In this document: one piece after another, positions 14,806 to 29,499 of the stretch
Layout of the letters: each line of letters begins with the position of its first letter
Position numbering within the stretch: position 1 is the stretch's first letter
Source: Amoebidium appalachense
Lineage: Eukaryota; Protista; Ichthyosporea
Assembly (NCBI GenBank): GCA_963693365.1
Contig: CAVNZM010000011.1
Coordinates: forward strand, 4,162,639-4,226,638
DNA length: 64,000 nt
Direction: 5' to 3'
The notes under the pieces: generated by a model
Told to the model about the DNA's origin: nothing
The model's database searches: none
What the model saw: only the letters and a program-made list of their open reading frames with translations
Translations under genes and position numbers: made by a program

Positions 14806-15768
14806 AAAAAAAAAACAAAAAAACCAACCGAACGCATCCACCCCTCGACCCAGATAATAAAGTGGAGACATCGTTCAGTAAAAAGATGCCAAAATATGGC
14901 AGTGTAGAAAAACAAACTGAATGGTCAGCTGGTGTGGAGGAAGAACTAGGCATGGCATAAATCCACAGACAAGATTATTTGCATTGTAAATGAGCAAACA
15001 GCTCATTTTACCGCTGTTATGCTGCTCCACAACATTAACAATACGAAGATATGTGGGTGTCCCTTGTCTCTGGAACCTTCATCCCCCCCTTGACCCCCAC
15101 TTCACACCTCCTTCAGAAGCCCAATATTCCTCTGCCCAGCCCCCCTCCCCCCAAACCCCCCTCCCTTCCCCACAACCCCCCCACTTCTCACCCTCCATAG
15201 CGGGGCCCTTTGTTGCCTCCCCTTCCCCCCCCCCCCCCCCACCACCACCACACACACACACACCCCTTCCCGTCGAGCCCTTCTCTGCTTCCCTGCCTCA
15301 TCTCACCTCCCATCAACATTGACCTCCGTTATGCCTTCCTTCCCTTTCCCTCCCTCTCTCTCTCTCTCCCCCCCCCCCCAACCTTCCCTTTTCAGCTTTC
15401 TCTTTTTCCTCTCCCTCCCCACCGCCACCACCACCACCACCCCTTTACTCATACCCCTGCAACAATACCCTATTTCTTTCTCTTGCACCCCTTGGTATCT
15501 CGGCCATAACCCCTTCCCCCTTCCCCCCCCCCCCCCCCCCCCCACACACACACACAGACAGACAAACACATACGGGGTTTACGCTGTTTACTCGAGGCAA
15601 AGAGAACCAGTCTCAGGTATGGGGGGGGGGGGTTTGCTCGGAATATCCCCTCAGCGGTATATCATGATCACGTACATAGATGTCGGGTGGTGACTATATA
15701 TCAGGGTTTACTTTCTCTACGAGACACCATAAAGACTACAAGGAGAAATCAATTAGTTGGGGTTCCCC

Positions 15769-15821
<53 letters not shown>

Positions 15822-15853
15822 GGGCTCCCCTCGGGACACTCGGTATCAGCTGG

Positions 15854-15894
<41 letters not shown>

Positions 15895-15914
15895 TGTGTG
15901 TGTGTGCGCGTGCG

Positions 15915-16865
15915 CTATAATTTTGTAGTGATGTGTTTCTCAAGCCAATCAATACATCTAATAAACAGGTCGTAGTTACGCGTGTTTAGTATAAAATCAA
16001 GGATGTTGTAATTTACAGGTAGGCTATCTTTCTGGGTGTCTGTTGTGAATGTGACGTGTGTGTGTTGCGGTATTATGTGGTCTATCAAACTACATTTGGC
16101 GATACATGACCGGTTAAACTGGTGTGTGTGTGTGTTGTTTGGGCATGCAAATGATGCCACCTTATACTTATTAGATCTCCACTGTATAGCACGTGTACAG
16201 TAAAAGCGTGGTAATTGATCAATAATACCATCAGCTAGAGAAAGACCAGTTCTACAGGAAGGTAATATGTATTTAGGTGTTATACACTTGCGAGTGCCAT
16301 ATTTGGCAATATGGTTGAGGCGGTCAGTATATATAAAACGAGACATAAGGCTTAGTTTTTTCAAGGTGTATGCTTTCATCGGGTCTAGTGTCGTGTGGTA
16401 TCTTTTTCCATTTGTTATATTGCGTGATTATCTTGTGATTGTGTACATGTTTAATAAGTAAGTGGCAGTCCAAAGTCACACACACAATATTGCGGGGTTT
16501 ATTTGTATTTGTGCCCAGGGGAGAAGGGGAGAGAGAGGGGAGGAAAGAGGGGAGAGGTGAGGAGGGGACAGGTCGGATAGAGAAGAGAGGGTGGGAGGGC
16601 AAATACTTCTTTAAGCGGCTTATGTGCTTATTGAATTTCAGCGCGAGATAGGATACTCTAGCAGCTATTGGGACCAGACCATATATCGAGAGCGTTACAG
16701 GCCCAGGTTTACAACAGTTGTTAGATAGAAAGGAGGCAACTTCTGCTTCAAGGAAATTTGCCAAGGGTTTAAGCGCTCTAGTTCTCTCTTTCTTGATCCA
16801 AGCGGCGAGAAGGGGTAAACCATATTCACATGCCGGGAAGACAAAAGTGCGAATAAATGTAAACA
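15915..16865 (-). mobile_element. Decayed 3' fragment of a non-LTR retrotransposon (LINE ORF2 post-RT region and C-terminus), intronic and antisense to the host gene
   Basis: FIRTFVFPACEYGLPLL...LSIYGLVPIAARVSYLALKF resembles the LINE post-RT thumb region (vrP.leYg...Gl.pl..R...l...f). After a frameshift near 16380 it reads YILPSCR...DGII...RAIQWRSN...CP...FNRSCIAKC...YNILDFILN...F, similar to LINE C-termini. A (CA)n tract follows the stop. Confidence 0.6.
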
Positions 16866-16906
16866 CATACACACACCCGCGCTCACAGGCACGCACTAAG
16901 CATGCA

Positions 16907-16985
<79 letters not shown>

Positions 16986-19764
16986 ATATACATGCACAGG
17001 CACAGCCTCCTGCCCCCCAGGCACCTTACCAAACGCTGTACAACAACTCATACTGTCAGCAAAACACAAACCAGCCACCTCCTTCAACATACCGCACACT
17101 GCCGCCTCCACCTCTTCCTGAACCACCCACCAAAGTTCCCGAGCACTGCAACCAGGAAAACCGGAATTCCTGGAAATGTTCACACGACGGGAATACGAAT
17201 CAAGACAGTGGGGATTGCAAACGGGTGCAAAACCGAGAACAAGGAAGAGAATATTGGAGGGAAAAGAATCGAGACGGTTCGAGTGGAAGGGATTTCTTAA
17301 AGAACCACAAAATCGACAGAGGTAGGAGTGAGAGAGACTGGAGAGGAGAGCGAGAAAAGACCTCACCCGGTGGAGCAGCCCCAAAGGCCAGCGCAATTTC
17401 GAGCGCACTCCATTCCGGACAAGTGATATCTGAAACCTCTCCAGAACACCAGTCACCGGTTGGGAGAGATGTGTTGGCCCGTGAAGATGGAAAGATAAGC
17501 AAGGCTGGTGAAGGAAAACCGGAGGAATGGTAACCAAATCAAAGGAACAAAGGAAAACACCAACACTCCATCCACGAACACCTCCGCCAAACGTGGCCAG
17601 GGTGTAGAAGGGGAAGAGAAAAGCAGAAGAGAAGTACAGAGGGAGCAAAGGGAAGTGGTAAGACAGGATGAGAGACAGGACGATGAAGGTGTGGGTGGTG
17701 TTGCAGGGGGCAAGGAGAGAAGAGAAGAGATGAAAAGAAATGAGAAACGTAGAGAAAGGCGAGGGTTTGTTTCAGGAAACAGTGTTGAGAACAAGGAAAG
17801 TGAAGGGGTTAGGGTGGATTCTCCGGGGGTGAAAGGACAAGAAAGGAAGCCGAAAGGAAGGAAGGGAAGGATGCTGGGAACGTGAATGGGAAACGTGCAG
17901 ATGGGGCAGTGGTCAAGAACCGAGAAATGGGCACTAGGAACGAGCCTGCTCGGGTGGAAGAAAGGAATGGTGGGGATGACAAGACACAACGGGGTGAAGC
18001 TAGAAACGAGGAGTGGATACATGGGGCAGAGAGGGATAGGAGGGATAAGAGGGATAGGCAAAGGGAGGTTGGAGAGAGAAGGAGCAAAGGGAACGAAAAA
18101 GCTCGCAGGAGAGAAGGGGAGAGCAGCGGGGAGACTTGCAACGAGAGAAGAGAAGGAAGTGAACATGGGAAAGGGATCGGTCTGAGCGCGGTCATTGCAA
18201 GGAAGTCGGGGCAGGGTTTAATGAGTGTCCTGCGCTAATCAAGCAAGCGGTCACCAACCAGCACCCCACTTCCGGGAAAAAGAAACGAAAACACCGCCTT
18301 CAACACAAACACGGATTCGTGTCAACCGAACAAGAAAGGAAAATCGATCACTCATGACCCACCGCCATGCAAAGAAAGTGCCGAAACACCAAGAAAGACG
18401 GATACACGCTACCTCCACGCTCCGAAACTAGCGGCGTTCATGGTCAAGGCGAAGGAACAAGATAACGAAACATGCCCCCCCTTAGCAACAACCCCAGGAA
18501 AACGTACTCCCCCAGGCTTTTTGCCGCGAGCTGCTGAAAAACAACTGTCCATTGCTCCCCTCTTGGTGTGCTCCACCGGTCCTCCTTCCCTACTACTTGA
18601 TGAACCGTCTCCGCCTTTTCGTCCAAAGGAGATATCCAAACACACAAACCCACCCACCGCACCGGCCCAAACCACAAATTCACTTACAAAACCACCCACC
18701 GTTCCGCATATCACCCCGGCCTATGCAGCGAGCGAAACACCAGCGTTGCTTGAAATTCAGCCAGTTGCACCTGCGCCTGCGGTAGTGGAAAAGGAACAGT
18801 GTTTGGATTTTGCGGTTGCCCCTCACCCACACCGTCACCCAAACCGCTCAAACCACTACTTGTCGCTAGCCGTTGAGCAAAAAAACCCCTCCCCTGACAC
18901 CGGGTATAATTTGACAGATTCCGAGGAGGAGGAGGAAGGTGGAGACGAACGAGGAAATTTCGACGGTGGGAACGTGGGTCAAACCGAGGGTCCTTTTTTC
19001 GTCCACTTTCCATCCTCTCACAGAGCCCACCAACCATGGTCTGACACGGGAACGGAGGATTTGGCATCGGCGCATGAAAGTTCTCTGGTTAGGATGGAAA
19101 GAAACGTGACGGGCGAGGATTCCTCTCTACCTGGATACGAAATCTCCGTGCGAGCAACCAAACCTAACGTGGCAATGGAGAGGGGTAGTAACGGAGCAGG
19201 CCAGTTAGCCATAGGCTACTCATGGGGCGATTCGAATCCGGAGGGGGGAGATGGAGCGCTCACCTCTACCTTTGTCAGTCATACACGTTCGGGATCCCAC
19301 ACCACCCACAACCTACTATACCACCACCAATCCCAACGCGTTCCTCCTCACACCAACCGAAGCTCCCAAACAGAACGCAAACTCCGGTCAGCCTCCCATT
19401 CACCTACCCACGGTGACAAATTCGGCAACGGACAACCGCTTGCGTAACTTGTATTCCATCGACGCGGGGTTGGACACCTACACACCCGCAAGGCCAACAA
19501 ATGCAAACATCACTCGGCAAAATGCCCCGATTGTCGGTCCCTGAGCGCTCGAGGCTCCCCGTTTTATGGTGACCGGACGGAGCAGTGAGGATAAGTCGGT
19601 GTATGCGTGTGCGCCTGTGGATGCGGCACCCCCCCTGCACTTGAATGGTAACTCACTGTTTCCCAGGTATGTAAAGAAAATGCTCCCTAGGGTGTCGTTT
19701 AAGGTTTTCTTCGTCTTATTTCTCCCTTTTTTTCTGGGGTGGGGAGAGGAAGGGGAAGGGTGGA

Positions 19765-19803
<39 letters not shown>

Positions 19804-20650
19804 GCGTCTGTGTGTGTGTTTGTGTGTTTGGAGAAGGGGGAGGGGGGGGGGGGGGGGGGGCGCTCTCGTGCTAAAATGCACTGGACTAAAGTAGAGCCTC
19901 CTGCCTGCTAGGAATTCCAAAAACTTGAGGAGTTTGAATTGTGGTGGTGGTGGCGTGTATGTGCGGGGGGGGGGGGGGGGGGGGGGGGGGAAGGGAGGGG
20001 GGGGGGGAGACGGGGAGGAGGCGGAGGGGGAGGCTGGCACGAAGGGAAGGGGGAGATGGAGTGTTGCTGTATGGAGAGGAAGGGGCAGGTCAAGGCAGAC
20101 GATTGGGTCGTTGCAGAGGTAGAATTCGCCCATCACTTACCCTTCCCTTCACTATTCCCCTCCCATTTACTCCTCCAACTCACTATAGGGCATGTCTCCT
20201 CCTCTCTAGTTCCGGTTTCTTCTCTTCCTTGCTCCTCTCTTTCTTTCTCCCTCTCTATTTCCCTCTCTCTCCCCCTCTTCTCCCCCCCCCCCCCCCCCCC
20301 CCCTGCCCCCACCACCACCACCACCACCCCACCCCCACCTTCCTCCTTCCCCTCGGGTCCCTCTTCCTCCCTCTTCCTTCCATCACACTCATCTTTCCTC
20401 GTACCCCTCCTTTCCCCCCTCCCTCTTCCAACTATTTATCCTCGTTCCTGCCCGTAAAACCCCTAGATCCTCCTTGCCCTCCACCTCTCCCCCTTCCCCC
20501 CTGCCCCCCTCGTCTTCCTCTTCCCCCCTCCCTTCCCCACCGCCCAACACCGACCTGATTCCCCGTCCCTTCCTCCCCCCCCCCCCCCCCCTCCCCCCCC
20601 CTCCAATCATTTTACAACTTCACTCCACCCCACCCCAAATCGCCACACAG

Positions 20651-21714
20651 CACCTGCACGAATTTCGACTTTGAGCTTCAGAGTGTGCCCGAGTGCTCCA
20701 AGTGTCCCTACATGTTTAACAACACCGACCGTCAGCCCCTTGTCCTCCCCTGTGCACACACGTTTTGCCGCGAGTGTGTTCTCCAACCCATCACCAGCAC
20801 ACCCCCCGATCCCCGTGCACCTGCAACGGTGGTGTGTCCGTCGTGCCGTTCCATTCACCCACTTCTCCTTACCGGCACCATAGACGACGTTCCACTTAAC
20901 CAGCGTATCCTTGCATCACTCCGAAAACACACCCACAATACTAGTCCTGATCGCGGCTCTGTAGTGTCTTCCTTGGCGTCTCCGACCCCCAACCGCGACA
21001 CCTACAGCAACCACCAAGACGAGATTTATACCCAGACCCCCCAGAGCACCCCCAGGAGCAGCCGCCACCGCCTGCCACCCCCCATCACCCATTCACGTCC
21101 TTTCCGCCAACTGACGGATTGTTTGAGAGGAATGAGCCTGCCCCTATGCCCGTGATTCCCCACCCACCCTCGTATCAACTGCCACCCAAAACCACCGTGC
21201 CGTCAACCCACCCATCCACACGGCCACATCCACCCCCACCGGCTTTGCCTATAGATACACCCATGCCACCACCCCCATGCATCACCACCACCACCACAGC
21301 AGAGAAACAAGCGACGTCCGCACCCATCAGACACCCCCACACGTACCCACAGGTCTCCCGTCCCCAGTGCCTTCTGCTCCTACGCAAGGGAAAGACCACG
21401 CACATGTGCCGACTTCACTTCCCAGCGAGGATACGTCACCCTCCAGTAAATGCTGTGTTCACGGTGAGCCGGAGGAGTTTGTGTGTTTAAGACACAAACG
21501 AAATTGTTTCCTGTGCTTTTTTTGCGTTATGGACAGCCACCACATGTGTTACAAGACGGACAAAGTGGTAAGACGGTCGAAATTTGGCAGAATGATGGCG
21601 GAGTTCCTTGCCGAATATGAGCCCAGGCTGGAAGGCTTAATTGCAGACGCAAATGTGGCCATTCGTGCTCACGCGGGCTGCTGCAGGGATGTGTTGGCAG
21701 AGAAGGAGATGCAG
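20651..21714 (+). CDS. RING finger + B-box-like exon of the TRIM-like gene (frameshifted between the domains)
   Basis: CSKC...RQPLVLPCAHTFCRECV...VVCPSCR...VPLNQRIL is a C3HC4 RING. CCVHGEPEEFVCLRH..CFLCFFCVMDSHHMC is B-box-like, followed by a helical segment. Confidence 0.75.
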
Positions 21715-22303
21715 GTGTGTTTGTGGTCATATCTTTATATTTCGCCCCTTCTTCCCCCCTCCCCCCTCCCCCTCCCCCCCCCCCCCCACACACACACACC
21801 ACCACCCCCCCCCCCCCCCCCCCCCCCCCCACTACCACCACCACCCACCCTCCCAGCCCTCAACAACCCGCCCCCCTCCCCCCCCTCCCCCGGCCCCCAT
21901 CCCCTCCTGCCCCTGTGACCTTTCTCTTCTCCTCCACCCTTTTCATCGTCTTTCGCCGCCATTCGTGCCCCAATACCAACGATAGACCTGCCTTTCCCCC
22001 CCCCAATCTCCTCAGTCTGTTTGCCTTGCTCCTCGTTTCTCAATCAACTGCTTTCTTTGTCTTTCATTCTCTTGTATCAGTCTCTGTCGTTCAGGCCTTT
22101 TCCTTCCCAGTTCCTCCCCCCTCCCCCCCTCCCCCCCCCCCCCCCCCCCCTCCCCTCCCCTCTCCCCAGCCCCTCACTCACCTCTACCCTCCCTTTCACA
22201 ATTTTTTCCGCTCAACTCTGTTGACTGTAACATGCAATGTCATTTTCTCCCTGTGCACACCCACTCTCCCCTTCTAAGCCCCACCTGCCCCCTCTATGTC
22301 CTA

Positions 22304-22652
22304 CTATTTACACCTCTCCTCCTTTTGGTGATCCTACATGTTATTGCTCTCCGACCCCCCCCCCCCCCCCCCCCTCCTCCCCTCCCCGTGCCCCCCCAAC
22401 TCCCCCCCCCCCCCCCCCCCCCCCCCCCCACACACACACACCCCATCCTCCCCCTCCCCCACCGACCCTCCCACCCTCCCACCCTCCCACCCTCCACCCC
22501 CATTTCCACACTCCAACCCTCAACCCGTGCGCCAACATCTTCCTGAAAAAACATATATCTATTTACACCTCTCCTCCTTTTGGTGATCCTACATGTTATT
22601 GCTCTCCGACCCCCCCCCCCCCCCCCCCCCCTCCTCCCCGTGCCCCCCCAAC

Positions 22653-22705
<53 letters not shown>

Positions 22706-22823
22706 CCCATCCTCCCCCTCCCCCACCGACCCTCCCACCCTCCCACCCTCCCACCCTCCACCCCCATTTCCACACTCCAACCCTCAACCCGTGCGCCAAC
22801 ATCTTCCTGAAAAAACATATATC
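22304..22823. repeat. Intronic tandem duplication, ~255-bp unit
   Basis: CTATTTACACCTCTCCTCCTTTTGGTGATCC...CCTGAAAAAACATATATC occurs twice, differing only in C-run lengths. A further diverged duplication lies at about 23150-23440. Confidence 0.9.
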
Positions 22824-25496
22824 CAACACCTGCTTCTGCCACCATCACCCCCCCTGCACCCACCCACACACACCCTATCCCCACCCACCCGCCCACCCCA
22901 AATCCGTGTCTCCCCTCTCCCCACGTGCCTTGCATACGCAGCAATCCCCTACTCTTTTCAGCCTCTTCTTTTCGTTTCCATTTGGCACACATGCCTACTA
23001 TCACCTAGGCAGCTCTCTTGCAACCACGGTCTGCTCTGATTGCCTTTGCACAATGCCATCCCTTCCCCCTTCTCTCTCTCTCTATCTCCCCCCCCCCCCC
23101 CCCCCCCCCCTCCCCCCCCTCCCCTCCGTCCCCCCCCCCCCCCCCTCTCCCCCCGGGCCCCCCTCAAAGCATGACTAGCTCGATCTTATTATCCCTTTTT
23201 CTATATCAAAAATTCCTCCTCACTCCTCCTCCCCTATCCCCCCCCTCCTCCCCTCCCCCCCCCTCCGCTCCCCCCCTTCCCCCCCCCCCCTCACCCCCCC
23301 CCCTCCCCGCCCATCCTCCCCCCTCCATTCTCCCCCCCCTCCCCCTCCCCCCCCCCCTCCCCCCGGGCCCCCCTCCAAGCATGACAAGCTCGATCTCACT
23401 ATCCCCTTTTCTGTATCAAAAGTTCCTCCTCACTCCTCCTTCCGTATTCCCCCTTCCCGCACCCCCTCCCCCGGCCCCCCTGCCTCCCCCCCCCCCCCCT
23501 CCCCGCCTGCTAACTCCCACATGTCTAATCCCAATTTTCCGGGGCCCTGCAACCCTTACTCTTGCACATATTCACATCTCTCGTCCAACTTTCCCCCCAT
23601 AGCTGCTCGAGGAACGTCACGCTCGACGCTACGCTGCACGGGAAAAGTACCGCAAAAGCAAAGCCGCAGCACGGGACCAACATGCACTCCTGCTCCAGAA
23701 CGCACAAGGACAAGCCGCAGACAGACGGCTTCGTTTGAATAGGGAGACCAGTTCCCTTTTGGCGAATCTTGAGGAGTTGGGGCGCATGTTGGAGGTTCGT
23801 GGGGACACATCCGTCCCTGTGGACATGCACGTGTATGCTCAGTGCAGGGAGAAGATATCGATGGTGGAGCACATACCGAGTTTTAGGTCTTTACCGATTG
23901 ACATTGAGTGGCCGAAGAAAAACGGGACGGAATTGGTAAGGGTGAGTGGAGGTGGGGGGAGGGATGGGAAAACCGGAGAGGAAGTGAGAGAGGAGGGTGA
24001 GCGAATGACAGGAGGGAAAGGGAGAGAGAAGGGAAACGAAGGCAGAACTCGGAAAGAACAAGTGACAAACAGAAAGGAACAGGAGGTGCAAAACGCAGGG
24101 GAGAAAGAGAGGGAAAGGGAGAGGCCGAAGGAGAAACAGGGTATGGTGGGGAGAGGGGTTGAAAGCAAGAGGGGCGAAGGTCGGAGGACAAACAGAAACG
24201 AGCAAGAGGGGGGAAACCCAGTAGAGAAAGAGAGGGAGATGCCCAAGGAGAAAGATGTCATGGAGGGAAGGCGTGATGAAAGGAAGACGGATGAAGAACG
24301 GGATAAATTCAGAAACGGAAAACGCGCGGGAAGCGGAGGGGAGAAAGGGAAGGAGAGGCCGAAGGAGAAAGAGGGCATGGGGGGCCAAAGTGACGAAAGA
24401 AAGAGGGGCGAAGAGTGGAAGGCAAACAGAAACGAAAAACGAGGGGGGAGACGCAGGGGAGAACGAGAAGGAGAGGGAGAGGCCGAAGGAGAAAGATAGC
24501 ATGAGGGGAAAGACTGGTGAAAGAAAGAGGGGTGAAGAACGGGATACAAACAGAAACGAAAAACGAGGGGGGGCTTAAGGGGAGAAAGAGAACGAGAGGG
24601 GGAGGGAGAAAGATGGGATCGAAGGCAGAGTTGACGAAGGAAGGAGGGCTGAAGAGAGCGTGGGAGAGGATGAGGGCAAAAGGAAAACAGGAGGAGGAGG
24701 TAAGACCGGAAAGAAGAGCAAGGTCTTGGAAACGGAGGAACATGGATACGAAGACGGGGAAAGAAGGAAGGATACTGATAAAGGGGAGAAACAACAGGGA
24801 CAGAAAGCAGAAAAGAGAAGCCGAGACCTGAGGGACCGTACGGGGGTACTGTCCAGCGGAGCGCCTGGTGAGAGAAATGAGTCGAACACTGTGGATAAGG
24901 CGTCGGGTAAACGGAGGAGAGTTGTGCTATACGAAGAGATAGATCTCGATGAGCAGGACGAAGGAAACAATAATGAGGATGGTGAGGAGTGGATGGTGGG
25001 TTCGGAGGGAGAGAAGGGTGAAAGTGAAAGCGAAACAGAGCAACAGGGAGTCAAATCGTGTCCAAGCAAGAAACCGACGACCCCTTCTCGTAGGCAACTG
25101 CGAGAACGAAGGGCAAGTCTCTCTTCCATCCAATGCGGCGATAGAATTCGAGTGGAGGAAAACAAATGGAACAAGCCGGTTCGATCCACATCACACGGTC
25201 AGCCCACTTCACCGTGGCGTGGGACTGGTATGAGAAGGCTGGTGACGCGAAGCCTGTTGAGAGAACAGGTGTGTGTGTGCGTGTGTAGGTGTGGTGGTGG
25301 TGTTTTTTTGTTTTTTGTTTTTTTTTTTTGGGGGGGGGGGGGGGGGTGGAGGAGGGGGGGGAGGGGGCGCGGGGAAGGGGAGGGTGGGTGAGGGGGTGTT
25401 AGTGTGTGTGTGGTTGTGTGTGTGTGTGGGAGGGGAGGGGGGGGGGGAGGGGGGAGGGGGGAGGGGTAAAGTGGGTGGGTGGGTGGTTTGGGGCAA

Positions 25497-25545
<49 letters not shown>

Positions 25546-25602
25546 TGCGCACGTGTGTGTGAGGGGGGGTGGGGGTGGGTGGGTGGGTGGATGGGTGGGT
25601 GG

Positions 25603-25637
<35 letters not shown>

Positions 25638-27412
25638 CGCACGCGTGTGTGTATGGATTGGTATTCGCCTCCCCCTCCAACATCTGCTATACTGGTGTTT
25701 CATCACTTGCTCGTCCTCTTGATGTATGCATGCTCCAGTTTAACACCCCTCTCCCTCTCCCCCCCCCCCTCCCCCCCTCCCCCCTCCCCCCCTCCTCCCT
25801 CCCCCCCCCCCCCCCCCCCCCCCCACGAACCCTTGTCACTCTCTTGTTTAAGGTAATGGTGACGGTGGGAAGGAGGGGTTTTTCCGTTCATACACCTCCA
25901 CCTAAAACCTCTAAACTACAATAGTTATACCGCACGCTGGGAGCACAACATATATAGCGGAATGGTGTGCTGAGGAGGGGTGTTTATGATATGCGTATCC
26001 CTATGATGTCTGATTCCCTCCTCTACTAATATGGAAGGGAGAAAGTCGATGATTTGAGGTGGTTCCATGTGTGTGTGTGTGGGGAGGGGGGGGGTGGGGG
26101 GGCACAGGGGGAGGGTGTCAAAGAGGGGGGGGGGGGGGGAGGTGAGGGGTAGGGGGGAGTGTCGAGCTAGCAGGGAAGAAGGGACGTGGAACGGGAAAGT
26201 GTTTTTGTTCGGGTGTGGTTTTTGAGATAAAAAAGGCAGGAAACGTGGATGTCATTGTTTTTTGCATGGAAAAATGTGTGCTTGAACCGTCTCTTTGCTT
26301 ATTTCATTGGGTGAGTGTGGTGTGGTAGGGATGTGGGTAGGCAGGTGGGGGTAGGAGATGGAAAAGGCATGGGAGGGGAGAGGGGGAAGGGGGGGGGGGG
26401 GGGGGGGGGGCAGGGGTGTGTGTGTGTGGGGGGGGGGGGGGGGGAGGGAGTGGGGAGAAGGGGGGAAGGGTAGGAGGGGGAGAGGGGGAGGGGGGAGGGG
26501 AGGGAGGGCATGAAGTGTTTCAAGCAAGTGACTAACATGTGGGCACGTAGGGGCGTGCACGTTGCGCGGACACGGCCAAAGTGGTGAGGGCTCTTGCTCT
26601 GGGCCTGCGCTGCCACAATGTCTCGACCACAGTGCCTCAGGTTGATGCCTATCCCCCTCCCTTTTCTCCCGTAAACAGCTAGTTTTCCTTTGTCATACCT
26701 GCTGCCGCTCTTTTCCTGCTAAGAAATTGTTCCTTTCTGGTTTCTTCGCAATGCCTCATTCCCCCGCGGTAATCCTAAAAATGCTTTCCTCCTTTCCACC
26801 CTCCCTCCATCTACACAGCCCTTCTGCCTCCCTCCCTCCCTCCCTCCCTCCGACCCTCCCTCCCTCCCTCCCTCCCTCCCCCCTCCTTCCCTCCCTCCCC
26901 CCCCTCCCTCCCTCCCCCCATTTCCCTCCGTCCGTCCGTCCCTCCCTCCCCCTCTGCCTCCCTCCCTCCCTCCCTCCCCCTCCCGCCGCCTTCTCCTTCC
27001 CTCTCACTTTCTTGAGCTGGTTCCCACCCCCCTCCCCCCTCCCCCCCCACCCTGCGCCCATCTCCCTCCCCCTCTCCCCCCACCTTCCCCCTCCCCCCCA
27101 TCTCTTGTGCCCATCTGCCCATCTCCCCCCCCCCCTCCCCCCCTCCCCCCCCCCTTCCCCTCCCCTTCGCTCTTCTTTCTCTGCCAAACGCACACCTACC
27201 ACATCACCTCTCACAACAACCTACCACCCAGAATCCACTTTGTGTCTAGCTCCCGTGTCCACTTTCACAGTGAGCCGTTACGATATGCAAGTAAACCACA
27301 CATCCACGCACAATTATCGGCTTCGTGCATTCAGATTAGGGATCGGGGAGAGGAGCGAAGCTGTGGGGTGGGATGTGTGTGTATGTGTGTGTTTGTGTGT
27401 GTTATGGGCGGG

Positions 27413-27472
<60 letters not shown>

Positions 27473-27838
27473 GGGGGGGGGGGGGGGATCACCGGAAACG
27501 AACAATTAAGCTACCATTTTCTGCGGCTTTGGGTTTCCTTGGCTATCACAATGCACTGTCTGGCATGATACATCATAAGCTTTCTGGCAGATAACGTAAC
27601 CTTTTGTTTTCTTCCTTCAAGCCTGCCCCTCCTTATTGCATACCAAATACCATATACTAAACTTTACCAACTATTTTGCATATAGGGTGCCACGGACTCA
27701 GGTGATGACTCTTCACCAAGCCACACCCGGCAGTCAAAGAGAAAATCCTTGCATTCTGACAACCAACGTAAGAGCCCCCCTTCTCCCCCTCCCCCCCCCC
27801 CCCCCTCCCCCTCCCCTCTCTTCCGTTCTCTTTCCAAA

Positions 27839-28520
27839 CCCTCCTCCAATGCGAGAGCGAAGATGTGATTTCTGTTTCATATTCGTTAGTTTTGCACTTA
27901 TTTCAATCATCAGTCACATTCAACTCCCCCCCTTCCCCCCCCCTCACCTTCCGCCTCCCACCCTTGTTACCCAAGGCCCTCCCCCCACCCCCTCACCACC
28001 ACCGCCACCTCCCACCTCCCCACCTTCCCCAACCCTCCTCCAATACGAGAGTGAAGGTTTGAGTGCTGGTTTATCCTTCATCGAATCTACTTTTATTCCT
28101 TGGATTTGAACTTATTTCAGTCATCAGTTACACCCTCCCCCCTCCCCAAAAAAACTCCCCATTATCCCCAACCCTCTTCAATACAGAAGTGGAGTTGTGA
28201 GTGCTGTTTCATCTTTCGTTGAATCTGTAATTATTCGTTGGCTTTGCACTTTCGATCATCAGTTACATTCAACCCCCCCCCCTCCCCCCCCCCAACTCTC
28301 CGCCTTCTCCCCCCAAGCCCCCCCCCCCCCCCCCCCCCCCCCTCCCCCGCCCCCCCCCACCCACCCACCCACCCCCGAACCCCCACCCAGCACCTCCCCA
28401 TCTTCTCCAGCCCTCCTCCAATACGAGAGCGAAGGTGTGAGTGCTGTTTCACCTTTCGTTGAATCTGCATTTATTCGTCGGCTTTGCACTTATTCCGGTC
28501 ATCAATTACATTCAACTACT
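27839..28520. repeat. Intronic four-copy diverged minisatellite (~100-bp core separated by C-rich spacers)
   Basis: CCCTCCTCCAATACGAGAG.GAAGGTGTGAGTGCTGTTTCA.CTTTCGTTGAATCT...TCATCAGTTACATTCAAC recurs at about 27839, 28033, 28171 and 28411. Confidence 0.85.
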
Positions 28521-28663
28521 CCCTTTCCTCCCCCCCCCCCCCCCCCCCCCCCCTTCTTTTTGCCGCCCCACCCTTCTCCCCCGAAGCTCCCCTCCCCCCC
28601 TCCCCCCACCACCATTTCACCACCCTTCTCTCACCTCCCACTCTTCTTTCACCACTCCCCCCC

Positions 28664-28697
<34 letters not shown>

Positions 28698-29444
28698 TAC
28701 CCTGCCTCACACACACACACTCACACAATCTTGCAACCGGCAATCCCCTGCTCCACTCCCTTCCACCTCGCATGCATGCTACCTTGATATTGAATGCTAC
28801 ACACGCCGAGTGTACGAGCAGAGTTTCCATCTTAGTCTCCCCCCCCCCCCCCCCCCCCCCCCCCCCCGACTCCTTATGCCACCTACCAAATTGGATATTC
28901 CCTTGGCCACCTGCCTGTATCTGCTTCCCCCCAGCATTCGAAATTAGTCGGTGTGTTTCGACGACCAAGTGTTGTTCACCTCCCACTCCCTCCCTCCCTC
29001 CCTCCGTCCCTCCCTCCGTCCCTCCCTCCCTCCCTCCCTCCCTCCCTCCCTCCCTCCCTCCCTCCATCCCTCCCTCCCTCCCTCCCTCCCTCCCTCCCTC
29101 CCTCCCTCCCTCCCTCCCTCCCCTCCCTCACTCCCTCCCTCCCTCCCTCCCTCCCTCCCTCCCTCCCTCCCTCCCTCCCTCCCACCCACCCATCCTCCCT
29201 CCCCCCTCCCACCCTCTCTTTCCCCCCCCTCCCCCTCCCTCCGCCTCCGCCTCCCCCCCTCACCCTCCCCTCCCCATCACCCTCTCCCTCCCCCCTCCCC
29301 CCCCCCCTCTCCCTTTCTCCCTCTCCCTCTCCCTCCCCCAACCCCCCCTCTCCCTTCCATTTTCCAAACAGCCTTCCTCATTTCCACCTCTACCCCCTAA
29401 TCTACCTTCAGGGCTCCCTCTCTCTCCCCTCCCCCTTTCCCACC

Positions 29445-29499
<55 letters not shown>

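Noticed and set aside
25925-26058. In-frame TAG/TAA as a sign of a reassigned genetic code
   Set aside because: TAA and TAG end intact genes here (EGF gene, SIKE), and the same gene has frameshifts, so decay or error is the simpler explanation.
27839-28520. CUGAUGA..GAAA on the minus strand of the minisatellite as a hammerhead ribozyme or C/D snoRNA cluster
   Set aside because: Only 2 nt separate CUGAUGA and GAAA (no stem II), there is no D box or terminal stem, and the motif is antisense to the host intron.
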